Origin: Dehalococcoidia bacterium
GTDB taxonomy: Bacteria; Chloroflexota; Dehalococcoidia; Lucifugimonadales; UBA3495
DNA: 64,000 nt
Direction of reading: 5' to 3'
Assembly: GCA_965222025.1 (NCBI GenBank)
Contig: CBDCTI010000009.1
Span: 343,749-407,748, forward strand
Shown here piece by piece: positions 29,830-40,589 of the stretch. The stretch's first letter is position 1. Each line of letters begins with the position of its first letter. Below the pieces are notes generated by a model that had not been told where the DNA came from, made no database searches, and saw nothing but the letters and a program-made list of their open reading frames with translations. The position numbers and the translations under genes were made by a program.

Positions 29830-31707
29830 TTAATTGAAACAGGGATCCGCAGTCTTGCAAGCCGTGATCAGGTCGAAGTGGCCATAGTTGGCGCCATCAT
29901 TGCCGGGGAATGGCCATTGATCGACAATATTAGGGTCAACCGTCCACTCAATAAAGGTTTCGAAGAAGGGCATGTAGCCATAGGTGTCATAGATGAAATC
30001 GCCCATCTCCCTCTGAAGCCTGTCCCGCTCGTTCAGGTCAACCGTCTGTCGCAGCTCCGCAAATATCGCGTCCAATTCGGGGGTCACGTAGGTGTGGACG
30101 AAGCCATCAGAGCGGTTGTGCAGGCTCAACTTTGCGTACACCAAGAGAGGCGACGCCGGAAGTAGCCAAATACCATTCCCTGCGGGGTCCTTTTCCCTGA
30201 TGGCGGCGATGTAGTTAGTCCATTGCCATTCCTGCAGCTCCAGCTCGACGCCAACCTTCTGGAGATCAAGCTGCATGGCCTGGATCATGTCGGAGTACTC
30301 GGGGAATCCAAAGAAGGCCATATTGAATGCCTTAATCTTGACGCCGCCTTCTGGATAGCCAGCTTCGGCCAGAAGCTCCCGGGACCTCTCCGGATCGTAC
30401 CCGTAATTCTCTTCGAAGTTGGTCACCCAATCCGGATTCCAGCCTGCCTGGTTAATGAAGAAACCGGCACTGACGCCGCGCCCTGCCCGGCCGGAGAAAA
30501 GAGTGTTCTTGATGGTCTCCTTGTCAAAGGCCCGGTTTATCGCCTCCCTTACCTTCACGTCGGTAAAGGGCAGGTCGGGATGGGCGAAGGGCGGGTCGAA
30601 ATTCCCTGGCTCCGCCGGGTAGAGGCCCTGGAAAATAGCATAGATCGAGTAGGCCGGCAGGTTGCTCTGAATGATTTTCATGCCTCTGCCGCTCACTGCA
30701 GCGTCCGACAGCTCCCGGGTGAGCTCGGTCATGTGCACCTCTCCCGACAGAAGGCCGGCGTTGCGGGAGGCTACTTCCTGCATCCAGCGGAGGTCGACCT
30801 TCTGGAAGTCAGGCGGAGGGTTATTCCGACGCCAGTGGTCTGGCAAAAGTTCGTACGTAACGTTGACGCCGAGGGTACGGCCGGTGTAGCGGTACGGGCC
30901 AGTGCCGATCATATCCTCGTCGTAGCCATCATCACCGTCGGAGTCCCACTGGGCCTTACTCATGATCAGGCCCCCACCGCTGGGAGCGGCGTAAAACAAG
31001 AAGTCCGGGTTCGGATTCAGCAGCCGGAGAACCACCTCGTAGTCGTTAACTATCTCTGAGGTATCGAGGTCGATCTGCCGGAAATCGGTAGAAAAAGCCA
31101 GGAGCGAGTCATCTCGCTGGTATTGGGCAATGCTGTGGATCACATCGGCCGCTGTAAACTCGCCCCAGTCATTGTGCCACTGCACACCCTCTTGGAGTTG
31201 GAAAGTCCATTCCTTTCCATCCGGGCTGAGTTGCCAAGTCTTGGCGAGCTCCGGCACCACCAGACCGTCGAATGGGTCGATGTCAACCAGGACTTCCATC
31301 ACCAAGTCCATCTGCTGGTGATGGTCCACTGTACCCGCCCAAGGGAAGTTGGTTTCGCCAGCCGCTGGGTCGACAGCCATAACCAAGGTCTCAACCTTGG
31401 CCTCACCGCCAGTCTCGACGGGCGCCTCGGTCGGGCTGGGCACGGCAGTCGGCGCGGATCCCACGGGGGTAGGTGTGGTCCGGTAGGTAGCACCGGCGGG
31501 AGTGGCCGTGGGCTCCTGGACGGAAGGCACGGCTGTCGGGGCCGGTGCCGACGTCGCAGAGACAGCGGTTGCAGCTGGTGCCGACGTCGCCGGGGCTGCG
31601 CTTGTGGGCGATGTTTCTTCATCGCCGCCGCAGGCAACGGCAACAAATGCCATTGCCGTGACCAACAGCACGAGTATTCCAACGGGAATATGGCGGAAAC
31701 CCAACAT
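29830..31707 (-). CDS. ABC transporter substrate-binding lipoprotein, family 5 (peptide/nickel type)
   Basis: 625 aa; lipobox ...AVACGG; long Pro/Thr/Ala-rich linker; SBP_bac_5-like body. Confidence 0.9.
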   Translation of the reverse strand: MLGFRHIPVGILVLLVTAMAFVAVACGGDEETSPTSAAPATSAPAATAVSATSAPAPTAVPSVQEPTATPAGATYRTTPTPVGSAPTAVPSPTEAPVETGGEAKVETLVMAVDPAAGETNFPWAGTVDHHQQMDLVMEVLVDIDPFDGLVVPELAKTWQLSPDGKEWTFQLQEGVQWHNDWGEFTAADVIHSIAQYQRDDSLLAFSTDFRQIDLDTSEIVNDYEVVLRLLNPNPDFLFYAAPSGGGLIMSKAQWDSDGDDGYDEDMIGTGPYRYTGRTLGVNVTYELLPDHWRRNNPPPDFQKVDLRWMQEVASRNAGLLSGEVHMTELTRELSDAAVSGRGMKIIQSNLPAYSIYAIFQGLYPAEPGNFDPPFAHPDLPFTDVKVREAINRAFDKETIKNTLFSGRAGRGVSAGFFINQAGWNPDWVTNFEENYGYDPERSRELLAEAGYPEGGVKIKAFNMAFFGFPEYSDMIQAMQLDLQKVGVELELQEWQWTNYIAAIREKDPAGNGIWLLPASPLLVYAKLSLHNRSDGFVHTYVTPELDAIFAELRQTVDLNERDRLQREMGDFIYDTYGYMPFFETFIEWTVDPNIVDQWPFPGNDGANYGHFDLITACKTADPCFN

Positions 31708-32074
31708 GGATCTGTCCTTCGCGTAGCGTCAAGTGACGCCAGCCATTTAGATATAGAATCAGGCCACAACATCATAACTATTAAAATTTATCGCTGTCAA
31801 CGACGGGGCTTTTCACTGCGGGCCACTGCATAGCCGTAACAGCAGCCTGTAATTCTGAGTAAATCGAAGAATCCCGCCTGCAGAGCCGAGAACCTTCGCC
31901 CCTCTCAGGTTGATCCCCTTGGGGGCCTTGCAATCATCCTGCCCCTGACACCTGGCCATTGACACTCTCCCACTGACCCCGGTGAGCTTGCTGTTAATGA
32001 ATAGCACATACCTTCGCCTAGGGCTGCCCAGCTCATTCCAGTCCACCGGCACGCATATCTGAAATGTCGGAGAT

Positions 32075-32132
32075 TGTCAGACCTGTTTTATTGATGGTCC
32101 CCCCTTTATTGATGGTCCCCTATTGATGGCCC
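32075..32132 (+). repeat. TGTCAG-led triple direct repeat TATTGATGG(T/C)CCC
   Basis: Repeat units start at 32089, 32107 and 32121 (spacing 18 and 14 nt), in the spacer between the binding-protein and permease genes. Confidence 0.6.
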
Positions 32133-32388
32133 GCTCATTAACCTACTTCCGCCCCCGTTGAGTAAGGCCGAAACCGCAATGAAACCTACAGAAACTGGGA
32201 GAGGAGAATATTCTTCTACCACCTCCAGAGCCGCGTCTATGCCTTCAAGCGCAGGCTCGCCTTGCCCCTTGCGGTGGTAAGGATGACAACCCTATGTACT
32301 CTGCAATCGTCCTGTCAGCAAAGAGGATTTCCTTGACAAGATGCGCCGATAATTCGTAAAGTTTCTTTGCCCATGAACAGCGAACTCG

Positions 32389-33495
32389 TTGCGACACGCA
32401 TTCTCCACAAGGCGGACTAGGTTGGCAGCAGAGGTACTGGTCCTAAAACAACCCCGGTTTTCCCCCCGCAGGATTTTGAAGCTTGTCCCCGAAGCTGGGC
32501 GCTACCCAGTAATCCCGATGTTGGTCATCTTGTTGCTGCTGATAGTGCCTGCGGTTGGAGCCAACTGGGTTGCTCCTCATTCTCCCACGGAAGGCGACCT
32601 GAAAGAACGGTTGTTGCCCCCGTTCTGGGTTAGTGAAGAGGCGTTAGTCAAGACGGTTGTCGAGCGAATCACTGGGCCCGACCGGGACAGTGTGATTACG
32701 TTAAATGAAGCCAATACCCAACGACAGATTGGCCGTGCACAGCTGGTTGGTGCAGATCCCGAAAAAGAGATCGTAATTGGCGATCAGGTAGAGGTCGTGA
32801 CCAAGTCCGGCGGGAGGGGAACCTATCTGTTGGGAACGGACAAGCTGGGGCGGGATATCTTGAGCCGGATCATCTTTGGGTCGCGAATTTCACTAGTTGT
32901 TGCCATGATCGCCATTTTTGTCGCAAGCACCATTGGCACGACTTTGGGAGTTGCGGCGGGTTACTTCGGTGGCTGGGTTGACGCCGTTATTATGAGGTTT
33001 GTAGATATTTCCCTGTCTATTCCCGTCATATTGATGGCCTTGGTGTTTGTGGCAGCGGTGGGAGCCAGCTTTGTTTCGATCATCGCGGTGTTGATTATTT
33101 TCTTGTGGGCACAGTACGCGCGCCAGTCCAGAGGTGAAACCCTGACAGTGCGTGTACAGGACTTCGTTGCTCGGGCCAAAGTGTCCGGGGCGTCGAATCC
33201 GCGGATCATGCTCAAGCACATCTTTCCCAACGTATTCAATAGCTTGGTCGTGCTGGCCACACTCCAAGTGGGTTTCGTGATCATCCTTGAATCCACCCTC
33301 AGCTTCCTGGGCGCCGGAATTCCAAGGCCCACGCCGGCTTGGGGACTAATGGTGGCGGACGGCCGTGAGCTACTGGTTGCCGCTTGGTGGGTGGCCTTAT
33401 TCCCCGGTGTCGCAATTTTGCTCGTTGTGATGTCGATGAATCTCTTGGGAGACTGGCTAAGGGACCGTCTGGATCCCACGCAGAGGCAAGTGTAG
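32389..33495 (+). CDS. ABC transporter permease (DppC/OppC type)
   Basis: ...LGTDKLGRDILSRIIFG... then the permease core; start uncertain (TTG 32389 or downstream); unusually long loop between TM1 and the LGTD motif. Confidence 0.8.
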   Translation: MRHAFSTRRTRLAAEVLVLKQPRFSPRRILKLVPEAGRYPVIPMLVILLLLIVPAVGANWVAPHSPTEGDLKERLLPPFWVSEEALVKTVVERITGPDRDSVITLNEANTQRQIGRAQLVGADPEKEIVIGDQVEVVTKSGGRGTYLLGTDKLGRDILSRIIFGSRISLVVAMIAIFVASTIGTTLGVAAGYFGGWVDAVIMRFVDISLSIPVILMALVFVAAVGASFVSIIAVLIIFLWAQYARQSRGETLTVRVQDFVARAKVSGASNPRIMLKHIFPNVFNSLVVLATLQVGFVIILESTLSFLGAGIPRPTPAWGLMVADGRELLVAAWWVALFPGVAILLVVMSMNLLGDWLRDRLDPTQRQV

Positions 33496-34926
33496 ATCAT
33501 CGCTGCAAATTCTGGCGATACGGAGTTCGAAGCTAAAACCTACACACCTATTGCTTCAATCGCTGGGCAACTACCAATGCGGTGATGATGAGCTTGCGGC
33601 CGGCTTCGTTCATTGGCCTACCGTCAGTATCCAACCACCGATTTATTTGATAGTGAGATGGACTTGAGCTCAATGCGGGTTCGCCCGATTGAGAAGCGTA
33701 AGTCTACTAAAATCATTCGCCGATTGCGCCGGTTCCCCCATGCCTCTGTTCCCAGTTACAGGATTTCCCAACTGGATATTCGGCGGTCCTAGGTACTGCC
33801 GCGCCAGCAGCTCAATTCTACCTCCGCCTCATTTGAGCAACTTCCATAGCTTTGGGCTGTAGCGAACCCCCGGCCACTGTATAATGCGCAGGGCTTTGGC
33901 CGGCTCGAAGGCCTCATATGGCGGAGCCGCGTAACGGGTGTTCTGTCAATGTACAGGAACTTTAGGCCAGTAAAGGACGAAAATTCACTTCACAAGATCT
34001 TTAAGCCAGCGGATTTGTTGTTGTCCAGCGATTACGTCCCCTCAATTGAAAAGCGAATATGTCCTCTGGCTTAGTCGGCGGCCGCGAGCTATGCGGCCAG
34101 AGCCTCTGCTTTGGCGCGCTCCTTGGCGCTGAGCTTCTTGGTGGGTGGGCTCACGGCAGACGCGTACTTTTTCGCAGTGTTTTTGGCCATGCCCAGACTC
34201 CGGGCTATGGCCCGCAGGGAAAGTCCCTGCTCCCTGGCCAGCTGTACAGCCTCCCAGCGGGCCTGCTGGGTTGACCTGGGCGTCCGGTGCAACTGGTGGT
34301 GAACTGGCTTCCCCTTACCGCTCCGGCCCTCCGTCGCCCCCTCACCAGTCGATTCCAAGGTGGAGAGGCGTTCCCGTTGAGCCGCGTTCAGGTGGTTGTG
34401 GGCCACGCCGCCGGTGGCTTCCTGAAGCCCCGGACCGTGGGAGCAGCCGCTGTCTGCGCCCCACAGCGCCGAGGAGGGCGGCGGCCCCTCCTGAAAGTCA
34501 ACAGCCTCACCATGGTACCGAATCATCAGCTCCCCGTCGGCCCGTTCCAGGACGTCCACCCGAAGACCGGCATAGCTGGGGCGCTCCGCCTCGGGCAGCA
34601 GTTGCAGCACCCGCCACTGGTACTTCACGGTGTTGTCCCTGGCCACCTTGCGGCTGTCCCTGAGGCAGACGGTCTCGGTCAGGGACAGTTCCGCCGGCAC
34701 CGGCCGGTAGACCGTCTCCGGTTGCTCCGCCGCCACGGCGAAGCGGGCGTTGAACCGGGGAACTCGTTTAGGACCAGGCTGGCCTCGTCGATGAAGCTGG
34801 CCTGGGCCAGACGCAACTCGGTTACCAGCCGGTCTTGGAAGGTCTCCAGCATCCGCTCCACCCGTCCCTTTGCCTGTGGAGAGAGGGCGAATATCTGCTG
34901 GATGCCCAGCTCCCGCATCACCCTAG

Positions 34927-36490
34927 CAGCCCGTCCGAGAAACGGGGTTGGTGAGCCGTTGGGGGTATGATGGTACGGAGCATCAGACGATCGGAGCGGT
35001 CAATGAGCAAGACCTACCTTCCCTACGACCCGGACCAGCAGTTGCTGCTGCCGGCGGCCCTCCAGGAATGGCTGCCGCCGGAGCACTTGGCCTACTTCAT
35101 CTCCGACGTTGCGGACCAGTTGGACCTCTCGGACATCACCGCCCGCTACGAGCAGGAGAGGCGGGGCGGCCCGCCCTACCATCCCAGGATGATGGTGAAG
35201 GTGCTGCTCTACGGCTACTGCACCGGCGTGGCCTCCTCACGTCGCATCGCCCAGAGGCTGCACGAGGACATCGCCTACCGGGTGCTGGCGGCGAACAACA
35301 CGCCGGACTTCCGCACCGTCTCCGACTTCCGAAAGGACCATCTGGAGGCGTTGGGGGAGTTGTTCCTGCAGGTGCTGGAGTTGTGCCAGCAGGCAGGACT
35401 GGTAAAGCTGGGGCACGTGGCCCTGGACGGGACCAAGGTGAGGGCCAATGCCTCAAAGCACAAGGCGATGAGCTACGGGCGGATGAAGGAGAAGGAAGCG
35501 CGGTTGCAGGCCGAGGTGGACGAGTTGCTCCGCAAGGCGCAGGAGGTGGACGAGGAGGAGGACCGCCGGTACGGGAAGGACAGGCGTGGGGATGAGTTGC
35601 CGGAGGAACTGGCCTTCCGGGAGGGACGGTTGCGGAAGATAAGGGAGGCCAAGGCGGCGCTGGAGGCCGAGGCCCTGGCGGATGCGGAGCAGGCTGAGTC
35701 CGAGGGACGCAATCATCTCGGGGTGCCTGATGACAAGGCGCAGCGGAACTTCACCGACCCGGACTCCCGGATCATGCCCGGCCCGGGAGGGAGGGACTTC
35801 CAGCAGTCCTACAACTGCCAGGCGGTGGTGGACAGCGAGCATCAGGTGATCGTGGCGGCCTGTGCCACCGATCAGCCCTCGGACAAGGATCAGGCCGTGA
35901 GCATGATTGAGGAGGCCATCCTGAACGTGGGCACAGTCCCAAAGGAAGTCTCCGCCGACGCCGGATACTACTCGGCCAAGGCGGTGGAGGAACTCTACGC
36001 CCTGGGAGTGGACCCGTTCGTCGCGCCGGAGAGGACCCGCGCCACGGCTGGGTGCCGCCACCGGCGCCCCGTGGCCGCATACCGAAGGGGCTGTCAGCCA
36101 AGGACCGGATGCGGCGCAAGCTGCGGACGAAACGGGGCAGGGAACGCTACGCGCTTCGGATGGAGACGGTGGAACCGGTATTCGGGCAGATCAAGCAGGG
36201 CCGGGGCTTCCGGCAGTTCCTGCTGCGGGGTCTGGCTAAGGTGAACCGGGAGTGGCTGATCATCTGCGCCGGCCACAACCTGCTGAAGCTGTTCCGGTAT
36301 GGGGCCGGGATGTTCGTCAAGGCGAGGGGAAAAGGCGCCACTGGGAACGACAGGGAGACGCGCCGGTCCATGGGCAGTGGGATTTTCAAGCGACAATCCG
36401 CAGGTGCCTACCCGCACCCCGCCAGAACCGTTGTCGCAGGGTAGTCCCGGCTGACCGACACCGCCAGTCGGTCAATCCTCAGACGGGCTG
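34927..36490 (+). mobile_element. IS1182-like insertion sequence, copy 2 (1564 bp)
   Basis: Same TIRs as copy 1; CTAG at 34923..34926 and 36491..36494. Confidence 0.9.
34967..36444 (+). pseudogene. IS1182-family transposase with a 2-bp insertion
   Basis: GAGGACCCGCGCCACGG here versus GAGGACCCGCCACGG in copy 1; the reading frame splits into 34967..36244 and 36052..36444. Confidence 0.85.
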
Positions 36491-36493
36491 CTA

Positions 36494-37753
36494 GTACTCA
36501 GTCAGAGTGGTAATGACAGGCCTATCATATGTTGAATGGAATTGGTAGGGTTGCCAGAGAAGCTGTGTTGGTTGAGGTGTGGTATCCATGGTTCAGGAGA
36601 GGTATGCGGTCAGGCTGACGTTGGAGCAAAGGGGGCATCTACGGAGGGTGATTCGGTCGGGTAGGAGTTCGGCTCAAGCCAACACCCGGGCCCGGGTTCT
36701 GCTGAAGATAGACGAGGGTTGGCCCTTCGACAGGCTCAGGAGCTCCCCAAGTGGCGGCGGCTATGGAAGTGACGGAGCGCACGGTGTTCCGCATCAAGCG
36801 GCGCTTTGCCGAGGAGGGACTGGAGGAGACGTTGCACCGGCGCAATCAGGTCAACCGGCACCGGAAGGTGGATGAACGGGTGGAGGCCCATCTGATCGCC
36901 TTGGCCTGCACTACAGCGCCCGAAGGCCACGACCACTGGACCCTGCGCCTGTTGGCAGACAGGACGGTGGAACTGGGATTGGTGGAGTCCTTGTCCCACG
37001 AGACGGTGCGGCTGCACTTGAAAAAAACGCGCTCAAGCCGTGGCAGAAGCAACAGTGGTGCATCCCCAAGGTGAGCGCTGACTTCGTGGCCCACATGGAG
37101 GATGTGCTGGACCTGTACGCCGAGCCTTACGACCCAGCCAGACCGGTGGTCTGTTTTGACGAGAGTCCCACTCAGTTGCTGGCCGACGCCCGGCCGCCCC
37201 TTCCGGCGGAGCCGGGGAAACCCAGACGTGAGGACTACGAGTACGTGAGGGGCGGAACCCGCAACCTGTTCCTTACCTGTGAGCCCAAACGGGGCTGGCG
37301 CCATGTGGCGATAACCAGACAGCGTACCATGCAGGACTTCGCCCACCGAATGCGTTTGCTGGTGGATGAGGCCTACCCTGAGGTGCCGGTGATCCGCTTG
37401 GTGCTGGACAACTTGAACACCCACCGGATGGCGTCGCTGTACGAGACCTTCCCGCCAGCAGAGGCTCGGCGCATTGCCAAGCGGCTGGAGTTCCACCACA
37501 CGCCCAAGCATGGGAGTTGGCTGAATCCTGTCCTGAGCCTGCCGAAGGGATGGCGGAGATCGAGTTCAGCGTCCTCGCCCGAGCCTGTCTGCGGGGACGC
37601 AACCCGGACGAGGACAGCTTGGAGCAAGCCGTCAACACCTGCGTCTCGGAGCGCAACGCCGCGGCAGTACCCATCAACTGGCGATTTACCACCAGGAAGG
37701 CCAGAACCAAACTCCGTAGGCTATACCCTGACACTTCTACTTTGACCGAGTAC
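36494..37753 (+). mobile_element. IS630-family insertion sequence (1260 bp)
   Basis: TIR GTACTC(A/G)GTCA(G/A)AGT; TA on both sides (36492..36493, 37754..37755). Confidence 0.85.
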
Positions 37754-37756
37754 TAG
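36579..37756 (+). pseudogene. IS630-family transposase, broken by two short insertions
   Basis: HTH ...ARVLLKIDEGW / VAAAMEVTERTVFRIKRRFAEEGL; A7 slippery run 37021..37027 (probably the natural -1 frameshift: ...LKK|[15 protein letters not shown]); ...HGSWLN [23 nt] MAEIEFSVL... Confidence 0.8.
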
Positions 37757-38518
37757 CGAACTGGGTGGTTTGCACCGGCACCGGCTTCTGTCGGGCGTTG
37801 TACCTGAAGGCCGAGTGGCGATCGCTGTAGAGCGCCAGGGGGATACCCCACTGCTGGACCATTCCCTCCAGGAGCACCAGGTAGCCGCGGGTGTCCTCCG
37901 TGGTGCGGAAGACGGCCTGGGCAACCACTCCGGTTGCATCGTCGACGGCGATCAGCAGCGTCAGCTTCGGTCCCAGGTCCTCCAGCCAGGAGTGCTGACT
38001 GCCGTCGATCTGCACCAGCATACCCTCCTGGGGCATGCGCCTGCGCCGGAAGCGGTGCTGCGGGGAGCGGCTACTGCGGGGGGCTGCCGATGCCGGCCTT
38101 GACCAGAATGCGGCGAACGGTGGGGCGGCTCAGGTCGATGCCCTCGCGCTCCCGCAGCAGCTCGGTGAAGTGGCTGTGGTTTGCACCGGCGTAGCCGTTG
38201 ATGGCCAGCTTCACCACGGAAGCAGCGGCCGCCTCGGGAACGGCGTTGTGGGGTCGGCGTCCCCGGTTCCCATGGGCCAGTGCGGCGGCACCGTCCTTGC
38301 GGTAAGCGGCGAGGAGACGCTTGGTATGACGTTCGCTCACTCCAATAATCTCGGCCGCCTGGGCGATGGGAAGCTGATGTTCCAGAACACTGTTCAGTAC
38401 TTGAATCCTGGCCTGTTCCTGCTGATTCAACTTTACATCCCTCATGGGGATGACATGTTCGCTGAACAGTTAGCACATGACCGAATCGTAGAACATCAAC
38501 ACTCCGGAGAATCACATT

Positions 38519-39320
38519 TGACCCAGAGATCTTCCAGGAATTTATCGATAAGCCATACTGGGTCTCAGATCGCTTCTCGCTGCCGTTGGCGGGTGAGACA
38601 AGCGTGATCGCGATCAGCCGGACGGCCTTCGAGGATGAGGACTACGTCAGGCGGACCCTGCGCAATGGAGTCGAGGTCGTTGAGGAGATCATGGGGCAGG
38701 CCTAGCATATACCGCACGTCTTCGTAGTAGTGGATCCGGAATTCTTGGACCCAGAAGCAGAGTCCAAGAGAACAACGCCTGTGCTAGGGCTGAATTGGAG
38801 AGGGGTCATAAAGCTCAGGCATTTCGCCGGGGGCGTGTATTACCATGAGTTGGGCCACTTCTATTACCCTGGTTATCCACGCTGGTTGGGCGAAGGCGGT
38901 GCGGAGTTCTTGGAGACCTACGCTTTGAACCTCAGCGAAGGGCGTCTGCACAGAAGCATTGAAGACTCCAAGGCCAGCATCGAAAGGTCTCGGAAGCTTT
39001 GTGTCGCGCATGGTGCTTCCAATATCCATAATTGGAACCTGATATGGATGGAAGCACGCGAAAAGGATATTCCACTCCACCGAGACCTCAACTTTTGCGA
39101 TTATACCCTTGGAGAAGCGTTCATGTGGGGTATGTACGACGGCATAGGGCGCGATGCAACATTGGCAACCATGCGGGACATATTCAATCTACCATTCCCG
39201 AGGTCGCTGTCGGAGGAGAAGGTTTATCGGAGTTTCCTCGCGAACGTGCCCGCTGGGAAGGAAGATGAGTTCCGGGAGATTTACTCGCGGCTGCATGGAA
39301 GGCCAATTCCGGAGGGATAG
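38519..39320 (+). pseudogene. gluzincin (M1-like) metallopeptidase, 5'-truncated with an in-frame TAG
   Basis: YHELGH-X18-E (HELGHFYYPGYPRWLGEGGAEFLE); TAG at 38703..38705 in frame; the 5' part is lost at the ISNCY element. Confidence 0.55.
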
Positions 39321-39390
39321 AATCGTAAGGCCAACGCAGACGGGACATACTCGGTGTGCTATAGGCGCCGCTGAGTGTACAAAATGCGAG

Positions 39391-39421
39391 CACTCACCCT
39401 TCGACAGGCTCAGGGTGAGTG
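39391..39421. repeat. hairpin copy of the CCCTTCGACAGGCTCAGG motif
   Basis: CACTCACCC-TTCGACAGGCTCA-GGGTGAGTG; the same 18-mer occurs at 36723 and, reverse-complemented with 1 mismatch, at 37532. Confidence 0.7.
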
Positions 39422-39527
39422 GTTGCTGGCGCTGTGGGCGGGCTGTTGTGGGTGGGCTGTCGCGAGGGTGCAGTGAGACCGGCCACCCGAGGGGTAGACG
39501 GTCTCCGGAGTTTAAGCGATGCGGGAG

Positions 39528-40589
39528 CTAGCTGCCGTTGGTGTTCAGGGCAGGGAAGATGTGGTCCCGGAAGGCGGCCAGCTCGCCGGTGGCGAAATCG
39601 TAGGTGGCGCCGGTCATGAGGTACAGGTGGGTGAGGCCGGCATGCTCCGCATTCTTGACGCGCTCAGCGCAGTACTCGGGAGTGCCGATGAGGCCCATGT
39701 AGTCGCAGATGGCGGCGAGGGCATCGTCGGGCAGGAAGGAGCAGAGTTCCTGGGCTTTCTCCCAGTCCTCGGCGTGAGGGACGTCGGGGTAAAGGTCCCA
39801 GAGACCGGCAGGTAGCTCGAGGTCACCGACGTCGATACCGGCGGCCTTCAGCCAGCGCTGGTACGTGTCTTCCATCAGGCGGGAGACAGCCAGGGGGCGG
39901 GCGATCTCGCGGGCCTCCTTGAGGTCGTCCTTGATGATGGTGGTGGCAGTGAAGATGGTCTCCACGTCGTCCGGGTTGCGTCCAGCGGCGCGGGCACCAT
40001 CGGCTATGATTTCACGGGCCTCGGACACTGCTCCGGGATGGATCCCGGTCATCAACAGAGCGCCGTCGGCGACTTCACCTGCGACTTTCATCACGCGGGG
40101 GCCGGTGGCGGCGATGTATACGGGCGGAGCGGGCGTCTCTCCGCCGTGCCGCATGCGGCTCTTGGCGTCGCCGAAGGAGACCATCTCGCCGGACATCAAC
40201 TCCTTCATGGTGACGACGGCGTGGCGCATCTGCCTAACCGTGGCCGGTGGGATGCCGATGGTGGCAGTGGAGCTGTAGCCGCGGCCGATCCAGACCTGCA
40301 CTCGGCCGGGGGCGAGCTCGGACACCGTCTGCGCCGCTGAGGCGACGACGGATGGGTGGCGAGTGGCCGGGTTGGTAACAGCCGAGGCGACGTTGATGTG
40401 GTCGGTGGCTTGCACTGCGGCAGCCATGCTGACGAAGCAGTCGCGCTCCAGCAGCTGGGAATCTAGGATGCCGACGCCGTGGAATCCGGCGTCTTCGCAC
40501 TGCTTCACGAAGTCGGCCACCTCGGGGCCGGGCCGGCAGGGCGGCACCCTCAGGTCAATCTTGATGGACATGGTCTGCTCCTTCATCAT
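39528..40589 (-). CDS. LLM-class (luciferase-like) flavin/F420-dependent oxidoreductase
   Basis: 353 aa; ...FHGVGILDSQ...VWIGRGYS...IAATGPRVMKVAGEVADG... Confidence 0.8.
   Translation of the reverse strand: MMKEQTMSIKIDLRVPPCRPGPEVADFVKQCEDAGFHGVGILDSQLLERDCFVSMAAAVQATDHINVASAVTNPATRHPSVVASAAQTVSELAPGRVQVWIGRGYSSTATIGIPPATVRQMRHAVVTMKELMSGEMVSFGDAKSRMRHGGETPAPPVYIAATGPRVMKVAGEVADGALLMTGIHPGAVSEAREIIADGARAAGRNPDDVETIFTATTIIKDDLKEAREIARPLAVSRLMEDTYQRWLKAAGIDVGDLELPAGLWDLYPDVPHAEDWEKAQELCSFLPDDALAAICDYMGLIGTPEYCAERVKNAEHAGLTHLYLMTGATYDFATGELAAFRDHIFPALNTNGS

Larger units (their letters stand above)
34089..38445 (-). pseudogene. ISNCY-family transposase (HTH plus rve), interrupted and frameshifted
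   Basis: MRDVKLNQQEQARIQVLNSVLEHQLPIAQAAEIIGVSERHTKRLL...; ...RMPQEGMLVQIDGSQHSWLE...ALYSDRHSAF...TTQFA | RVMRELGIQQIFALSPQAKGRVER... joins in frame across both inserts; extra frameshifts near 38040..38070 and 34740. Confidence 0.75.
34050..38515 (-). mobile_element. ISNCY-type insertion sequence carrying two nested IS insertions (ends approximate)
   Basis: Transposase pieces lie on both sides of the IS1182-like and IS630 inserts; I could not define the terminal repeats. Confidence 0.6.

Noticed and set aside
31813-32052. A 79-aa ORF and other short frames between the binding-protein gene and the triple repeat; similar unassigned fragments at 27300..27420, 28800..29030 and 33800..33950
   Set aside because: They may be relics of lost genes, but none has a start/RBS context or a recognisable motif.
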